Shown in pieces: positions 27,810 through 40,610 of a stretch of 64,000 nt of DNA. The notes beneath the pieces were generated by a model that was not told where the DNA came from, did no database searches, and saw nothing but the letters and a program-made list of their open reading frames with translations. This DNA comes from Octopus sinensis (taxonomy: Eukaryota): positions 93,434,001 through 93,498,000 of the forward strand of contig NC_043003.1 of the NCBI RefSeq assembly GCF_006345805.1. The letters are read 5' to 3'. A program made the position numbers and the translations under genes. Positions within the stretch are counted from its first letter, which is position 1. Each line of letters starts with the position of its first letter.

Positions 27810-29118
27810 TCTGTGAGTTTTCGTGTCTTGTGTTTGTGCTCCACCCGCCGTTTGACACCTGTAAGTTACGTCTCCGTAACTTACCAGTACGCAAAAGATT
27901 TGTTCGACTAAACCAAGTATAGGCAACATTTTTCGAGAAGCGGACCACATGAGACATGGGTTATTATCAGGTGAACCGCTTAAGATATGGCTCATCATGA
28001 AACGAGCTGCACTACTAAAATAAACTCAAGGTAATTTTTCATTAGGCATGCCATTTAGAAAGTCTCCGCAGGAAGTAGTTTGCCAGTGACTGGACTAAAC
28101 CCTTCAGAGCAGTGCTTCAGCATGGCCGCTGTCCAATGACTGAAACAAGTAAAAGATAAAAGATATTAGGTGTATAAAAAGACGGGATACTTATAAATGA
28201 AATGTTTTTATTCATAGCTCGGCTTAACTCTCCCGCCGTCAAACCAGCCATATCCAGCCAAAATATTCTTTTTCCTTTATGTTCAAAGTAGCCAAATCCA
28301 GCCTCTTACACCTATCCTAGTAAAGTGCCACATCACGAAAATCTCAGAGCTATGAGATTATACATGACTAATTCAAAACAATGTGCATAAATAAGCAATG
28401 CATTTTACAGATTAATCTGAATACTAATGGGTTAATCAAGGCTGACTGACATACTGATAAACAACAGCAACCACAACCAGTGTTGACGATAAGCTTTATT
28501 GATATACCAACCGTTCGAGTCCAGTGCTCGTTAAGTATCTGTCATCGCCCAACTCAATCAGGGTTGACCTGCTGATTAAAAACAGCCTTTATTGATGATA
28601 TGCCAACCCATCGAGTCAAGTATCTGTCATGTATTAGATCAACCATCTTTCAATTCATGTCGATGTCATTTTAAATACATCTCGACTGCTAATATCAATA
28701 GTTTCTGATGGGAGTGGTGGTGCTTGTAGAGAGGAGTCCTGTGTTAAAGAAGCTTTTTAAGGAGTCCTCCAGCTATGGTCTTTGCTCTGATAATTTGTAA
28801 CACTCAAGAAAAAGAAAACAAAAAGAAAAATCTAAGAAAACCTTACTATTTCATGAAATAATTACTCACACTTCAACTTTTCATAAATAGATAATTTAAT
28901 TACAACTTTAAAGTTTCTTCTTACAGTACAGTCTAACGGTTCGTCATTTCTGGTAAAGAATAAGGAAGCCTGAATTATATAAATATATATATGTGTATAC
29001 AAACAAACATGCGTACATACATATGTGTGTATACAAACAAACAAACATGCGTACGTACGTACATATATACATGTGTATGTATGTATATATACTTATGTAC
29101 GTCTCTTCTGCATTTAAT

Positions 29119-29521
29119 TACTCTTTTACTCTTTACTCTTTTACTTGTTTCAGTCATTTGACTGCGGCCATGCTGGAGCACCGCCTGTAATCGAGCAACT
29201 CGACCCCAGGACTTATTCTTTTGTAAGTCCAGTACTTATTCTATCGGTCTCTTTTGCCGAACCGCTAAGTAACGGGGACATAAACACACCAGCATCGGTT
29301 GTCAAGCAAACACGGACACACAAACACAAACACGCATACACATATATATACATATATACGACGGGCTTCTTTCAGTTTCCGTCTACCAAATCTACTCACA
29401 AGGCTTTGGTCGGCCCGAGGCTATAGTAGAAGACACTTGCCCAAGGTGCCACGCAGTGGGACTGAACCTGGAAGCATGTGGTTGGTAAACAAGCTACTTA
29501 CCACACAGCCACTCCTGCGCC
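29119..29521 (-). mobile_element. SINE family A, full length
   Basis: Reverse complement of the family consensus. Confidence 0.9.
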
Positions 29522-29807
29522 TATATTAATTTAAACTCTTCTTCTTCTGAAGGAGCTGGTTTCTAACAAAAATACAAAACTCCATCGTTGGAATGTTGAC
29601 AACGAAGACAATTTAACATTTTAAACCAGAGAAAAGTCTTGCAAAGTTTTATTGTGTTTTTTGTAATGTGCGAATCAGTTGGTTGATTTCTTTTTTTTGA
29701 AAATCCAAGCTTATCCAGACTGTCAGTTAGGCATTTACTTACAAAGTCAAGTGCTCCAATTATTGTTGGTATAAATGTAAATTTATAATCCGGATATAGA
29801 AGTTGTA

Positions 29808-30919
29808 TGTATGTATGTATGTATGTATGTATGTATGTATGTATGTATGTATGTATGTCATTATTCAGTTTATTTCAAGATTTCTTGCCAATAGAGAAAG
29901 AACCCGTTTCTAACCTAGATCCAAGGATCCTTCATTGGAATTTCAACATCAAAACAGGGTATTTTTGTATGTATGTATGTATGTATGTATGTATGTATGT
30001 ATGTATGTATGTATGTATGTGTGTGTATGTGCAGATTTGTATGTTTTATGTATGTATTCTCATGCATATAGGTGCATATCTAGACATGCTCATATATATT
30101 TAAATGATAAACTGCTGGCAGTTTTTACAAAACTTTAGTTCCATTGATGGATTGGAACTGTAGTCTTCGAATTAGCTTTCTCCTTTATGGTTTTGAGAAG
30201 CCTAATTTTTCAAGATTGGTATATAGGCAGTTACATATCCTAGGGCCCCAATAATTACAGGCATAAACCTGAACTTGTAATCTGGATTGAGTAACTGTAG
30301 ATTTCTCAATAGTTCAGCATAGATGTTCTCTTTTTCACTGATCTTCAGCTTTACGTTAACATCCGCTGGGCAACTAATTTCCCCAGCTGTGCACAATTTC
30401 TCTTCTCTATCCCAAATCATTATAACAGGTCTGTTGCGCTTACATTTTATTGAGGTCCTCATTGGTACATTCTACCAGTATTCCTTTTTATTATGAGTGG
30501 CTATGGCTTCTACCATATTGTGGATTCTTATTTCTTTGTCCTCGGGATTATCCTTCCGACGGGTTTCATTATAGAGTGTCTTATCTATAAAGAGTGACGT
30601 AGACCGCCTCTACCTACAACGTAAACAAGGCGGCAAATGCTTAACATCGATCCAAAATGCCTTTGAATTTCTCATCATATCCCTTCGGCAACATCTTTTA
30701 ACCACCAAGTGTCGAAATGCATCTTTTGACCAAGTTTGCATACATGAAGCTGATAACATCATAAGGCAGCTTCTTGGGCAACACTCTTTGTTTTCTGCTC
30801 ATATAGGGTCATCCTTTCATCTGATGATACGACTTCTTTGGGCATATATTCTAAGTTATCAAACGGCATTTGCCGTTTTGTTTACGTTTTAGGTAGAGGC
30901 GGTCTACGTCACTCTTTAT
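29808..30919 (-). mobile_element. Dong/R4-like 3' fragment with (CATA)n tail and rearranged, inverted 5' end
   Basis: RPVIMIWDREEK...CPADVNVKLK...YAELLRNLQLL (RLE domain). SDVDRLYL.RK.GG segment is present as a 54-bp inverted repeat (30587-30640 / 30866-30919). Confidence 0.85.
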
Positions 30920-31145
30920 GTGGAAATTATGTGTGCTTGTTAGTATTTTGGGGGTTTTTCACATCAATGGTTCGGATATCATCAAATCATTGATTGATGG
31001 AGATGTTACTTGTCTGGTTGACGTCGTTCCACCTTTTTATTTATCATTACCATTCTTTTCATTCGATTTTATTTTTCTCCACTTTTGTGTTTTCTCTGTC
31101 CTTGTTTGTCGCCTCTATGTTAGGCCCTGTGTGGCCAATAAAGAA

Positions 31146-33030
31146 ATACAGTGCGCTAAACAGTGTGCCGTGTGCTACTTTGAGTTGCGGTTGGTTATTT
31201 GTTGTTTGATGTCGTTTTGTCGCAGTTGTTTCCATTGGGGCTAGCTCGTCTTTAAAAACTGTTAGTGTCTTTTGACACATTGTTCGCCTTAATAGGCCTG
31301 GTTTTCCTGTTGTTCCCCCGGTAGGGGCGAATTTTGCATTTTGTGTGGGAATGGTGCCTGCATAAAATGACTAGTAATTTGTATGAAGCGTTGGAACTCC
31401 TGGAGACTCGGAGTGCGAAAGCGACTCAGAAGAAAATGTGGAAGGTTATGCAGCAGCGGTGGGTAAAAAAGCAAAGAAGATACATCAGGCCAGAGGCCGT
31501 GGAAAAATTTCATTCTGCGGAGAGAGGGAGCAAACGTGAGATTAACCCCCCCCCCCCAATGAAGCCACAAAACAAACAAGAAAAAGAATAATAATTTATG
31601 AAACACTATCTCTTAAAGCAAAGAAAATAGAGATATTGTTGACCAAAGAAATTGAAAAGACCCTAAAGCCTGTTCAAGGTGGCATTCATGAAAATAGGAA
31701 AGAAATTCAGTACCGTGGAGGTACAATTCATGTCAGAATGCGAGCCCAGGGATGATTCCGCTATCACCCTGTAGACGAACGAGCTGGCTCTTTTACCGTC
31801 ATACCTTGGCAAAAGAACCACAAAATCGCAATAGAAGGTTATCTACCTGAAATTCGATCGGCGTGGCTTTTGGAAGCCGCTTGCTGTAATATAGAGGAGG
31901 AGATGATACTGCTGGAGTTCGAGGAGAAAAAAGTCCAGAACTTGTGTGACGGGAGTCTTCGGGCGACAATTCAAGCCACACCAGCAGAATTGGAGGAAAT
32001 TCCAGAAGTTATAATTCTGCCGGATGAGACAAAACTTAGAGTCTCGGTCCAGGGCAGAATCCCAAGATGTTTCGAGTGCGGACTGAAGGAGTACATAAGG
32101 AAAACGTGCCCCCAGACCCTTCAACCTGAAGCACAGGGGAAAAAAGCAGGATGAACAAATGGAACAGTAAGAGAAGCCTAACGAGGAAGCTCCAGGTGAA
32201 GAGGAAGAGAAGCAGGAAGAGGTGGAGAAGACAGTGGAGAAATATAATTGCACACCGGAGGAAACTGGACCGTCCACATCTACCAAAGTAAGTGAGGAGG
32301 AATGGTCAGTTGCAGGGTGGAAGAGAAAAAAGTTCTCGCTCTCTTCCTCCAACAGACACAAAAAGCTTAAAAACGAATGCACAAGAACAGATACGAACTC
32401 AGGCAAAATGCATTACAAACGCAGTCAGCAAAAAGGAAAAAGATATCCCCCAAAAAGAACAGTGAATATACAACACAAGTGTGGTGGAAGCACTCCGTCG
32501 GTTACGACGATGAGGGTTCCGGTTGATCCGAATCAACGGAATAGCCTGCTCGTGAAATTAACGTGTAAGTGGCTGAGCACTCCACAGACACGTGTACCCT
32601 TAACGTAGTTCTCGGGGATATTCAGCATGACACAGAAAGTGACAAGGCTGCCCTTTGAAATACAGGTACAACAGAAACAGGAAGTAAGAGTGAGAGAAAG
32701 TTGTGGTGAAAGAGTACAGCAGGGATCACCACCATCCCCTAACCACTGGGCCATTGCGCCTCCACAACACAAGTAACACACAGCAAGTACAAAAAGACGA
32801 AAATAAACGCACAAGAACAGAAACGCAGACAAAAACATTGGAAACACAGACAGCAAAAAACGTTACCCCCAAAAAGAACACTGAATATACAACACACAGG
32901 AAGGACATAGAAACAAAAATAAAATAACTGTTTAAAAACTCTTTCTAAAAATGTTCAATGACGTTATCTGGAGTGTGGGGTTTCGAGTTGACGTCGTTTC
33001 ATCCATTACCATGCTTTTCATTGGAAAGTC
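31146..33030 (+). mobile_element. L1/Tx1-like element: 5'UTR plus disrupted ORF1 with gag-type zinc knuckle
   Basis: RVSVQGRIPRCFECGLKEYIRKTCP (CCHC-like with H>Y), followed by an acidic/basic low-complexity tail. Interrupted by a SINE. Confidence 0.7.
32481..32763 (-). mobile_element. SINE family C (head ggaggcgcaatggcccagtggttaggg), tail type 3, internally deleted
   Basis: 11-bp TSD acaacacaagt at 32470-32480 and 32764-32774. Confidence 0.9.
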
Positions 33031-33721
33031 ATTCGCTGCTTAAAAACTAGTTTTATAGAACCTTTTTCAAAATTCTTATTTTGTTATTCACACATTAACT
33101 TTTATAGGTTGAGCTATGTAAAATGTTAGAGAAAGAAACTTTGCTGTTTCTTGTAATACATACCAATACATACTTCTAAAGCAAAATTTTTTAGAGGTCC
33201 CTTAAAATACTATTTTGGATCCCTAATTTACTATTTTGTTGCGTGGACCCTTAACCGATCAATGATGTTGCTATATAATTCCCATTATAAATGTTCGAGT
33301 AATTAGCCCTATTTATCTCGACGCAGTGATAAATAAACATTGATATAAATGATATATATATATATCTGCACAGATCATAGGTACTGCCCCTGCTTTGACT
33401 AATTTATGCAGGATTTGAACTAGTATACAGAGGCTATCGAGCTTTAGATACTATAATATAGCCTGATTCTTTATGTCCTTTTTTTTTGCTTCCTTTTTAG
33501 TGTGTGGTTAACGATCAAATACGATAACACGGAACTGGCGTTGTTAATCACTGTAGTTGTATGTTGTTTTCGTTTGAATTCAGCCTCGAAAACTATGTTA
33601 AACAACATCACCTCCAAATAAGTTGTTTTCCTAAATTAGAAACCACCCGCCCGCCCACCCATCCATCCCTTCTTTCTTTTTTTCCATCATGCGCGCGATG
33701 TTTTCAATACAAGTTTCACTG

Positions 33722-33766
<45 letters not shown>

Positions 33767-34999
33767 TTTCTTTCTTTCTTTCTTTCTTTCAGGCTTAGGA
33801 GTCAAAAGGGAAAAAAACTTCGACATTGACATATCTGCTTTCCTTTTAGATTTCTGATATTGCAAGGCAGGCGAGAGGTTAAGGCTGACTCATATCATCA
33901 GTAACCGATTTCATAATCTACCTCCCACAATGCCACTTAATTTTGTTGCACCATTACACATCCTAATGTATTACGGTCGCCAATGTTTACTGGAAAACAT
34001 AATCGCATCACACATTTTATCATGTTGTTTTCTCGCCAGACACTTCCCGCCCACGGTGTTTCAGTATAGTCTTTGGCATCTATATCTCTACCTGGAAAGT
34101 CATGACCTTTCCGGGGCGTAGGCTCAGGCAAAGTTCTGTTGTGTCCCTTGCAGTAAATCCCCCCTCTCTGCCCCCAATAATACTGCTGTCTATGATAAGA
34201 ACAAGAACGGATACAGCTTGGTACAAGGACGGACTGAGAGTGTTAGGGCTCTAGGGCATAACAGTTTACCGGGCCCCTTAGCATTGATAAGTTAACATGT
34301 AGAGTGCATGCCTCTCAGAGTTCGGGCCCTCGGGCAGTGACCGATTGACTGACGGCTCAGTCCGCCCCTCGCTTGGCACCTGTGACTTGCAGGAGTTGCC
34401 AAAACAAACTTGAAGACAACACGTTTCCGTTAGGAGGTCTAGCTTGTGATTTGTAGGCGATTAAAAATGGACACGAGTTAATAAGTTTGTTTCATAATCA
34501 TGAAGTCCCGGGTGTGATGCGATCTCATTGTGTGGTATCACTTTGGGAACGAAATAGGAGTTTACTATGACTGTAATTCAGAGGACCAACTCTGACATAT
34601 ACAAGTACAACGTCTGTTGAAGTACATTCTAATAGAACGAATGAATGGTTTAGTGGATTGAACAATTAGAAAAGTCGTCGATGAAGTCGATGTGGATTTA
34701 TTTGCTTTCACTAAGTTACATTATACAAATAAGGAAAATTGTTATGATGCGAAATTGTAGAACGCAATACTTTTTGCTAGAACAAGGGATGACAACCTAT
34801 TCGACTTGAGGTGTCTACAGTATCACACCAAGACACTCGAACTGCTTAGAATGTTTCCATTATTCCATCTCAGTCAGCGCTGCATGTAAGATCATGCATT
34901 GCAGAGTTTGCTTGCGTCTTTGAACAGAAGTTGACTTTAAGAAGAGAGAAGTTCTCCACTAACCAACATCTCAAGAAGATTGCCGCCCTTCCAGATCAC

Positions 35000-35039
<40 letters not shown>

Positions 35040-36152
35040 GAAGATAGTTTACCAAGTCTGGTATTAGAGGTACATCTTTTCGTCAAATGCCAACATCGAC
35101 AAGGAGGTGCACCACAAACTAAAAAAGTCGAAGAGCTTTTAGATAATTGGAAGCGTCTGATGAAGTTAGCATTCCTCATTATTTCGATCATCTATATCTT
35201 TTACAAGTCTGGTGTAATTTAGTACAACATAATCACTTATGTGCAATGCAGTGTAACCGATATTAAACTTGTTATACTAATATCTTTATCTTCTACATAT
35301 ATGTGTGTGAATACAAGCACACGCAAACACACGCACACATACACACATACACACGCGCACACACTGCATGCGCGCGTATACACACAGGTGTGTGAAGAAA
35401 GATGTAACGAGTTGGGGCACGTAAATATTTAACAAGAGCTATTTACAGATAAATCCACGTGAAACTAAACAAAACAATTTTATTTCATCGAAGCGAGATG
35501 TTTAACCACAAAGTATATGCAGAAAAGGCAGTCGGAGCGATTGCTTTATATCTTATGTGAATTCTATAAACAGGCAGAATCAGATTCAGATACTAACAGA
35601 TTAACAGAAAGTCTCTATATAATAATAGCCGATATAAACGTTGGTTGGCTGGTTGGTTGGTTGATCCCCCAGTTACTCTTTACATTTATTATAGCGAGGC
35701 TGTGAGAGCGAAAGAGAGAGAGAGAGGGAGAGGGGGGAGAGAAAGGGAGAGAGAGGGAGAGAGACAGACAGACAGACAGAGAGGGAGGGAGAATAGAAGA
35801 TAAATATGAAGAGGGTTAACAAGTGTAGGATGAGTGCACATACAAGTCTTGGTGCCTGAAGAAGGAGACTGCGTATATGTACCAAAGAGTAATTATAAGA
35901 ATGAGAAATTTGTTTTAATCTTATTTTAAAGTATTAAATATTTTTCTTTTAAACAATAGTATTCATTTTCTCATTTTACATAAGGAACAAGAAATTTGAT
36001 ATAAGAGAAAAAACAAAATAATTGTTGTATGTGTGCGATATTGCCTGATATTACCTATTGTGTTAAGAACATAATTCCAAAGTTATCCGTCATATATATA
36101 TGTGTGTGCAAACGTGTTTGTGTCTTTGTGATGTCTGTATGTGTGTTTATAT

Positions 36153-36217
<65 letters not shown>

Positions 36218-36296
36218 CATTCAAAATGTGACCGCGTGTGTACCGTTGGCGATTTTTTCCTCTGTCTTCCCTTCTCTGGATCTTTCCTTCTCCTAT

Positions 36297-36331
36297 GTTT
36301 CCGACGAAGAGCTCCGCTCGAAACGTTAAAC
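36297..36331 (+). ncRNA. Minimal hammerhead-like fold with core CCGACGA (U4>C)
   Basis: GTTT-CCGACGA-A-GAGC-tcc-GCTC-GAAA-C-GTT-AAAC. It lies in a short repeat flanked by (TA)n. Confidence 0.55.
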
Positions 36332-36750
36332 CCTCCTTCTTTCCTGAGCGTCCAATAATACTATATTTGTTCCACGTCCTCGCGTTGTTGTGTTTTCATG
36401 TTTGGAGTAACTTTATATATATATATATGGTTGGAATTTTTAGAAAACAAAAGATGAAGACAGGTGTATGAACAACAAGCATGTTTATTAGTTTGACGCT
36501 CGGGAAAATAAAAAAATCTTTTACGTGTTGAGCCTACGTTCTACAACAGAGAGGAACACGAGGAAATGAACAGAGATAAAATGAAAAACCTTGTAGATTT
36601 CAGCGGCCCAGCATGGCGAACACACATGAACAAGCGCGCGCGCATGCTTGGCCTAGTGGTTAGGCTGTTGCACACACGATCGCTAGAATCGCAAATTTAC
36701 CATATAACAGTAAGTCTCATTTAGCCAGCATCCATCCCGGGCAATTTTAC

Positions 36751-36877
36751 CTTCGCACAGAGACTCAATTCGCCCGTTATTTCGGCTGTTGAAATTCGTA
36801 TCTCACACACTTTGATGTCTTCTGTCAAAAGTCACCGTAGACCATTGAGTTAGACCTTGAGGTTTCCTGTCTCAAAT
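36751..36877 (-). other. Candidate 127-nt non-coding exon
   Basis: Acceptor cttcgcttttattttctcag|, donor gcgaag|gtaaaa. Stops occur in all three frames. Confidence 0.4.
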
Positions 36878-38148
36878 CTGAGAAAATAAAAGCGAAGTCA
36901 AGCGAATAACCGTATATCATGCGTCTACTGCGATTCTTCAAAGATCGAAATGTAACTTTCCCTGCCACACCTTATCATAGACTCTCTGAACGGCTTTCCT
37001 TCTGGAATTACACGTATTTTAACTCGGACAACGAAACCCTCGTGTTTTGCATAGAAGAAATTGTGTATAAACATTTTCGCCGATTGCAACTCCAACGTTA
37101 TGTCTTTCTTTGTACCTTCTTTGTGAATCTATTGTTCCATAGCCCTAATCCAGTAAGTCTGCTGGATTGTGTCGTTTCCCTTAAAATATTACAATTATTT
37201 TTTCCTGATGATTTTCTTTTTCAGTTCCTATCTACATATGAAAGAGAGCACGAACGATGCGTTCTGCTTTTAGTAACTATGTTCTTTTCTAGATAACCTT
37301 TCTAGGTTTACCGAACAGATTATAAACGTATGATATGTGCAGCTAACCACTCTGAATTGTGAATAACTTACACGGCTAGATTAAGTCCACATAAAGTATT
37401 CATTCAATATCTGCATGGTTTTGAGACCTATTCCTGCTTTCAGCTACTTCCAAACAATTAGAATGTGTTTCTTAACACTGCATTCGTCTATTAACTCAGC
37501 TAGAAATAATTTGTTCATTAGGATGTTATGTGTCTAGAAAAATTTTCAGACATCTGAAAAAGCGTGTCTGTCCGTTCCCCGTTCCCTATCGAAGTATACA
37601 CGACTACAAGCCTCGTGATATCACAAAAATTTCTCTGTATGTCCATTATCTCTGAGTTACCACCCAGGGACAGATTTATTCTTTACCTTGTGATTTTGAA
37701 CTTTCTGGAAACATATCTATTCGGAGATAACGAGAGTGCATGCATCTTGAAAACTCTGATCTCGCTAATGGCTATTGCATCTCTGTTTAGTGACTTAGGA
37801 TAGCTTCATTAGATGATCCTGCTACCGAACAACAATGGGGTTACGCGAATTCACGCATTTTCCTTTCAATATTGTTCTTGCTGAAGATGGTAGAAGACTA
37901 CTTACCTCACGGCTCGCGTCGAAGTGCACATTGCATGTTCTGAGTTTCCAAACATCTATTGGAAATTTCTCTCCCATAATTCTACATAAGCGCAGGTGTG
38001 GCTGTGTGATAAGAAGCTTGCTTCCCAATCAAATGGTTTTGGGTTCAGTCCCACTGTGTGACACCTTGGGAAAGTGTCTTCTACTATAGCTTCGGGCTGT
38101 AAAGCCTTGTGAGTGGATTTGGTAGACAGAAACTGGAAGATGCCTGTA

Positions 38149-38233
<85 letters not shown>

Positions 38234-38236
<3 letters not shown>

Positions 38237-38769
38237 TTGATAAATTCTTATAAAGATTTTATTCTATTTTTAAATTGTGAATTTAACCGGAGTATATTCA
38301 GTAGTGAATTTTTATTCCGAATAAGCACGTTATTACCGAAATGCAATTCGAAAAAGCCCGCCATTTACATAGATGTATAAGGGGTGAACATTTCTATATA
38401 CTACGTTGGATACGATGGTTGTTCGTCTGGTATGTTGATTTTGTTCATTTATTATAAATCTTGAATTATGCTTGCACTGATGAGTAAAGAGTGCACCACT
38501 ACACTGATTATGAAATCACAGTGATCTGCAGCTAAATTCTGTTTTTAAATGACTTGCTTCGAGTGTTACATTCGGTACGATGTGTTTATTTTTTTTAGCA
38601 GTTTTGACTTTAAGAGTCCCTCCTAGCGTGTGGCATTTATGTGTAGTAATGCTCTCTATATAATATAAATAAATATATTTAAGGGAAAAAATTGGTGGAT
38701 TTTTCTCTTATGAGGTTTTTCACGCTGACTACTTGATAAATTTTTATAAAGATTTTATCCTATTTTAAA

Positions 38770-38774
<5 letters not shown>
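38234..38774 (+). mobile_element. Retrozyme-like or solo Penelope terminal-repeat unit: 496-bp monomer plus 45-bp terminal direct repeat
   Basis: tacttgataaattcttataaagattttt...ttgt (38234-38278) recurs at 38730-38774. Contains an HHR and no ORF; (TA)n on both sides. Confidence 0.75.
38470..38532 (+). ncRNA. Type-I hammerhead ribozyme, complete core
   Basis: Stem I TGCA/TGCA (extendable), CTGATGA at 38477-83, stem II GTAA/TTAT plus AGTG/CACT, GAAA at 38512-15, stem III TCA-cag-TGA, AUC cleavage after 38526. Confidence 0.8.
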
Positions 38775-38812
<38 letters not shown>

Positions 38813-39130
38813 CTTTGTGTCTGTGTTTGTTCCCCACCACCGATGTTGATGTGTTTACGTCACCGTAACTTAGCGGTTTGGAAAAGCAACCGATAGAATA
38901 TGTACTAAGCTTACAAAGAATAAGTCTTGGGGTCGATTTCTTCGACTAAAAAAACACTTGAAAGCGGTACTCCAGCATGGCCGCAATCAAATGACTGAAA
39001 CAAGTAAATGGATAAAAGAATAAAAGAATACTTCACATGTTGTACAAATCAGCAATATGTTCTGCATTTTTAGGTGCAGTATTTTCATCCCTTTTTCTAT
39101 CTGTTTCTACGCATTTTGAAATGTTTGTAG

Positions 39131-39207
39131 AAGGCGAAGCCCTCTCAATTACATTGGAGCGATTGGCAGAGAAGCTCTACATAAAACTGAAGACCTACGA
39201 AAGTTAA
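39131..39207 (+). CDS. Weak candidate terminal exon ((E)GEALSITLERLAEKLYIKLKTYES*)
   Basis: Pyrimidine-rich acceptor tgtttgtag| and a short open frame only. Confidence 0.2.
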
Positions 39208-39403
39208 TGATAACAGGCATTCCTACAAGGGCCTGGTGAAACGCATTTCGATTGCGACTGTATGAAGAAGAAAAACAATTTCGTGTACCCCATCAACTCC
39301 TTCTAACTCTAGTGAACAACAGTGTACAGCTGGGAGTGTTCTTGCGACCGTTGTTGTTGAGGTTGTTGTTTTTGTTGCTGTTATTTTTGTTGTTGCTGTT
39401 TCA

Positions 39404-39434
<31 letters not shown>

Positions 39435-39435
39435 A

Positions 39436-39773
39436 GCGAACGGTCTTCGTCCCAGAGCTCGCAAGATGGGAGAAGTCCGAAACGTGGTCCTTTGCTATTC
39501 GTAAGACCCGCAGAAGAGAAAGCAGGTCAACCCCTGACACCGAGAGCATCGACGGATGGATGAATGCTCATCCAGGCTCAATGGGTTGCGTAGGAAGCCG
39601 GGGACAAGAAACAGGAAGAAAGAGTGAGAGAAAGTTGGTGCGAAAGAGTACAACAGGGGTCGCCACCACCCCGGAGCCTCGTGGAGCTTTAGGTGTTTTC
39701 GTTCAATAAACACACACAACACCCGGTCTGGGAATCGAGTCCGCTGCCCTAACCACTGGGCCATTGCGCCTCC
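39436..39773 (-). mobile_element. SINE family C, tail type 1 ending in (CAA/CAG)n
   Basis: Same head and core as the 40250 copy, different 3' region. Confidence 0.85.
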
Positions 39774-40169
39774 ACTGCTGTTTCTCTTGCTGCGGCTGCT
39801 GCTGTTGTTGTTGTTGTTGTTGCTTTTACTATTTTTGTTTGTGTTGCATGTTATTTTTATGCGGCAGATAACAACAACGCAAACAAGATGTTATCTGGAA
39901 TTTAACAGATATCTTTTTCCGCGCCCTTCTTCGCTGTGACTTTAGACCTTACTAGCTTTTCGAGGCATGAAAATGTTTATCGTTTCAGATTTGCTTGAGG
40001 GAAATTTGTTTTCTCGTTCAACTTTATCATTAGACGAGGTGTTCGAGGCATGCAAAAACAACGACATGTCCAACGGAATTAGGCTTATATTTAGGTATGC
40101 ATATGCATTTAAATATGTGTATGTATGTGTGTATGCATGTATGTATATACGTATGGATGGATGGGTGGA

Positions 40170-40249
<80 letters not shown>

Positions 40250-40251
<2 letters not shown>

Positions 40252-40541
40252 AGGCGCAATGGCCCAGTGGTTAGGGCAACGGACTCGCGGTTTCGATTCC
40301 CAGACCGGGCGTTGTGAGTGTTTATTGAGCGAAAACACCTAAAGCTCCACGAGGCTCCGGCAGAGGGTGGTGGCGATCCCTGCTGTACTCTTTCGCCACA
40401 ACTTTCTCTCACTCTTTCTTCTGTTGGCCTGCTCGCTAAGCTAGCGGGGTGGCGTCATTTGAAGGCTAAAACAATGCGAAACGCATTGTGACCAGCGATG
40501 TGGAGAAACATCTGATAGCCTGGTCAGTCACGGTGATCACG

Positions 40542-40546
<5 letters not shown>
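40250..40546 (+). mobile_element. SINE family C, tail type 2 ending gatcacggtgatcacggtgat
   Basis: tRNA head with A box tggcccagtgg and B box gtttcgattcc; lies inside (TA)n. Confidence 0.88.

Positions 40547-40610
<64 letters not shown>

Larger units (their letters stand above)
37990..39030 (+). mobile_element. SINE family A split at its internal (TA)n by a 541-bp insertion
   Basis: 5' half at 37990-38150; 3' half resumes at about 38810 and runs to the tail at 39030. Confidence 0.85.

Noticed and set aside
34246-34350. HDV-like ribozyme in a GC-richer island (GGGCTCT/AGAGTTC as P1)
   Set aside because: L3 cannot form P1.1, and there is no P2 partner or catalytic J4/2.
39223-39563. 108-aa and 103-aa ORFs
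   Set aside because: They are built from a SINE-C tail and its (CAA/CAG)n tract.
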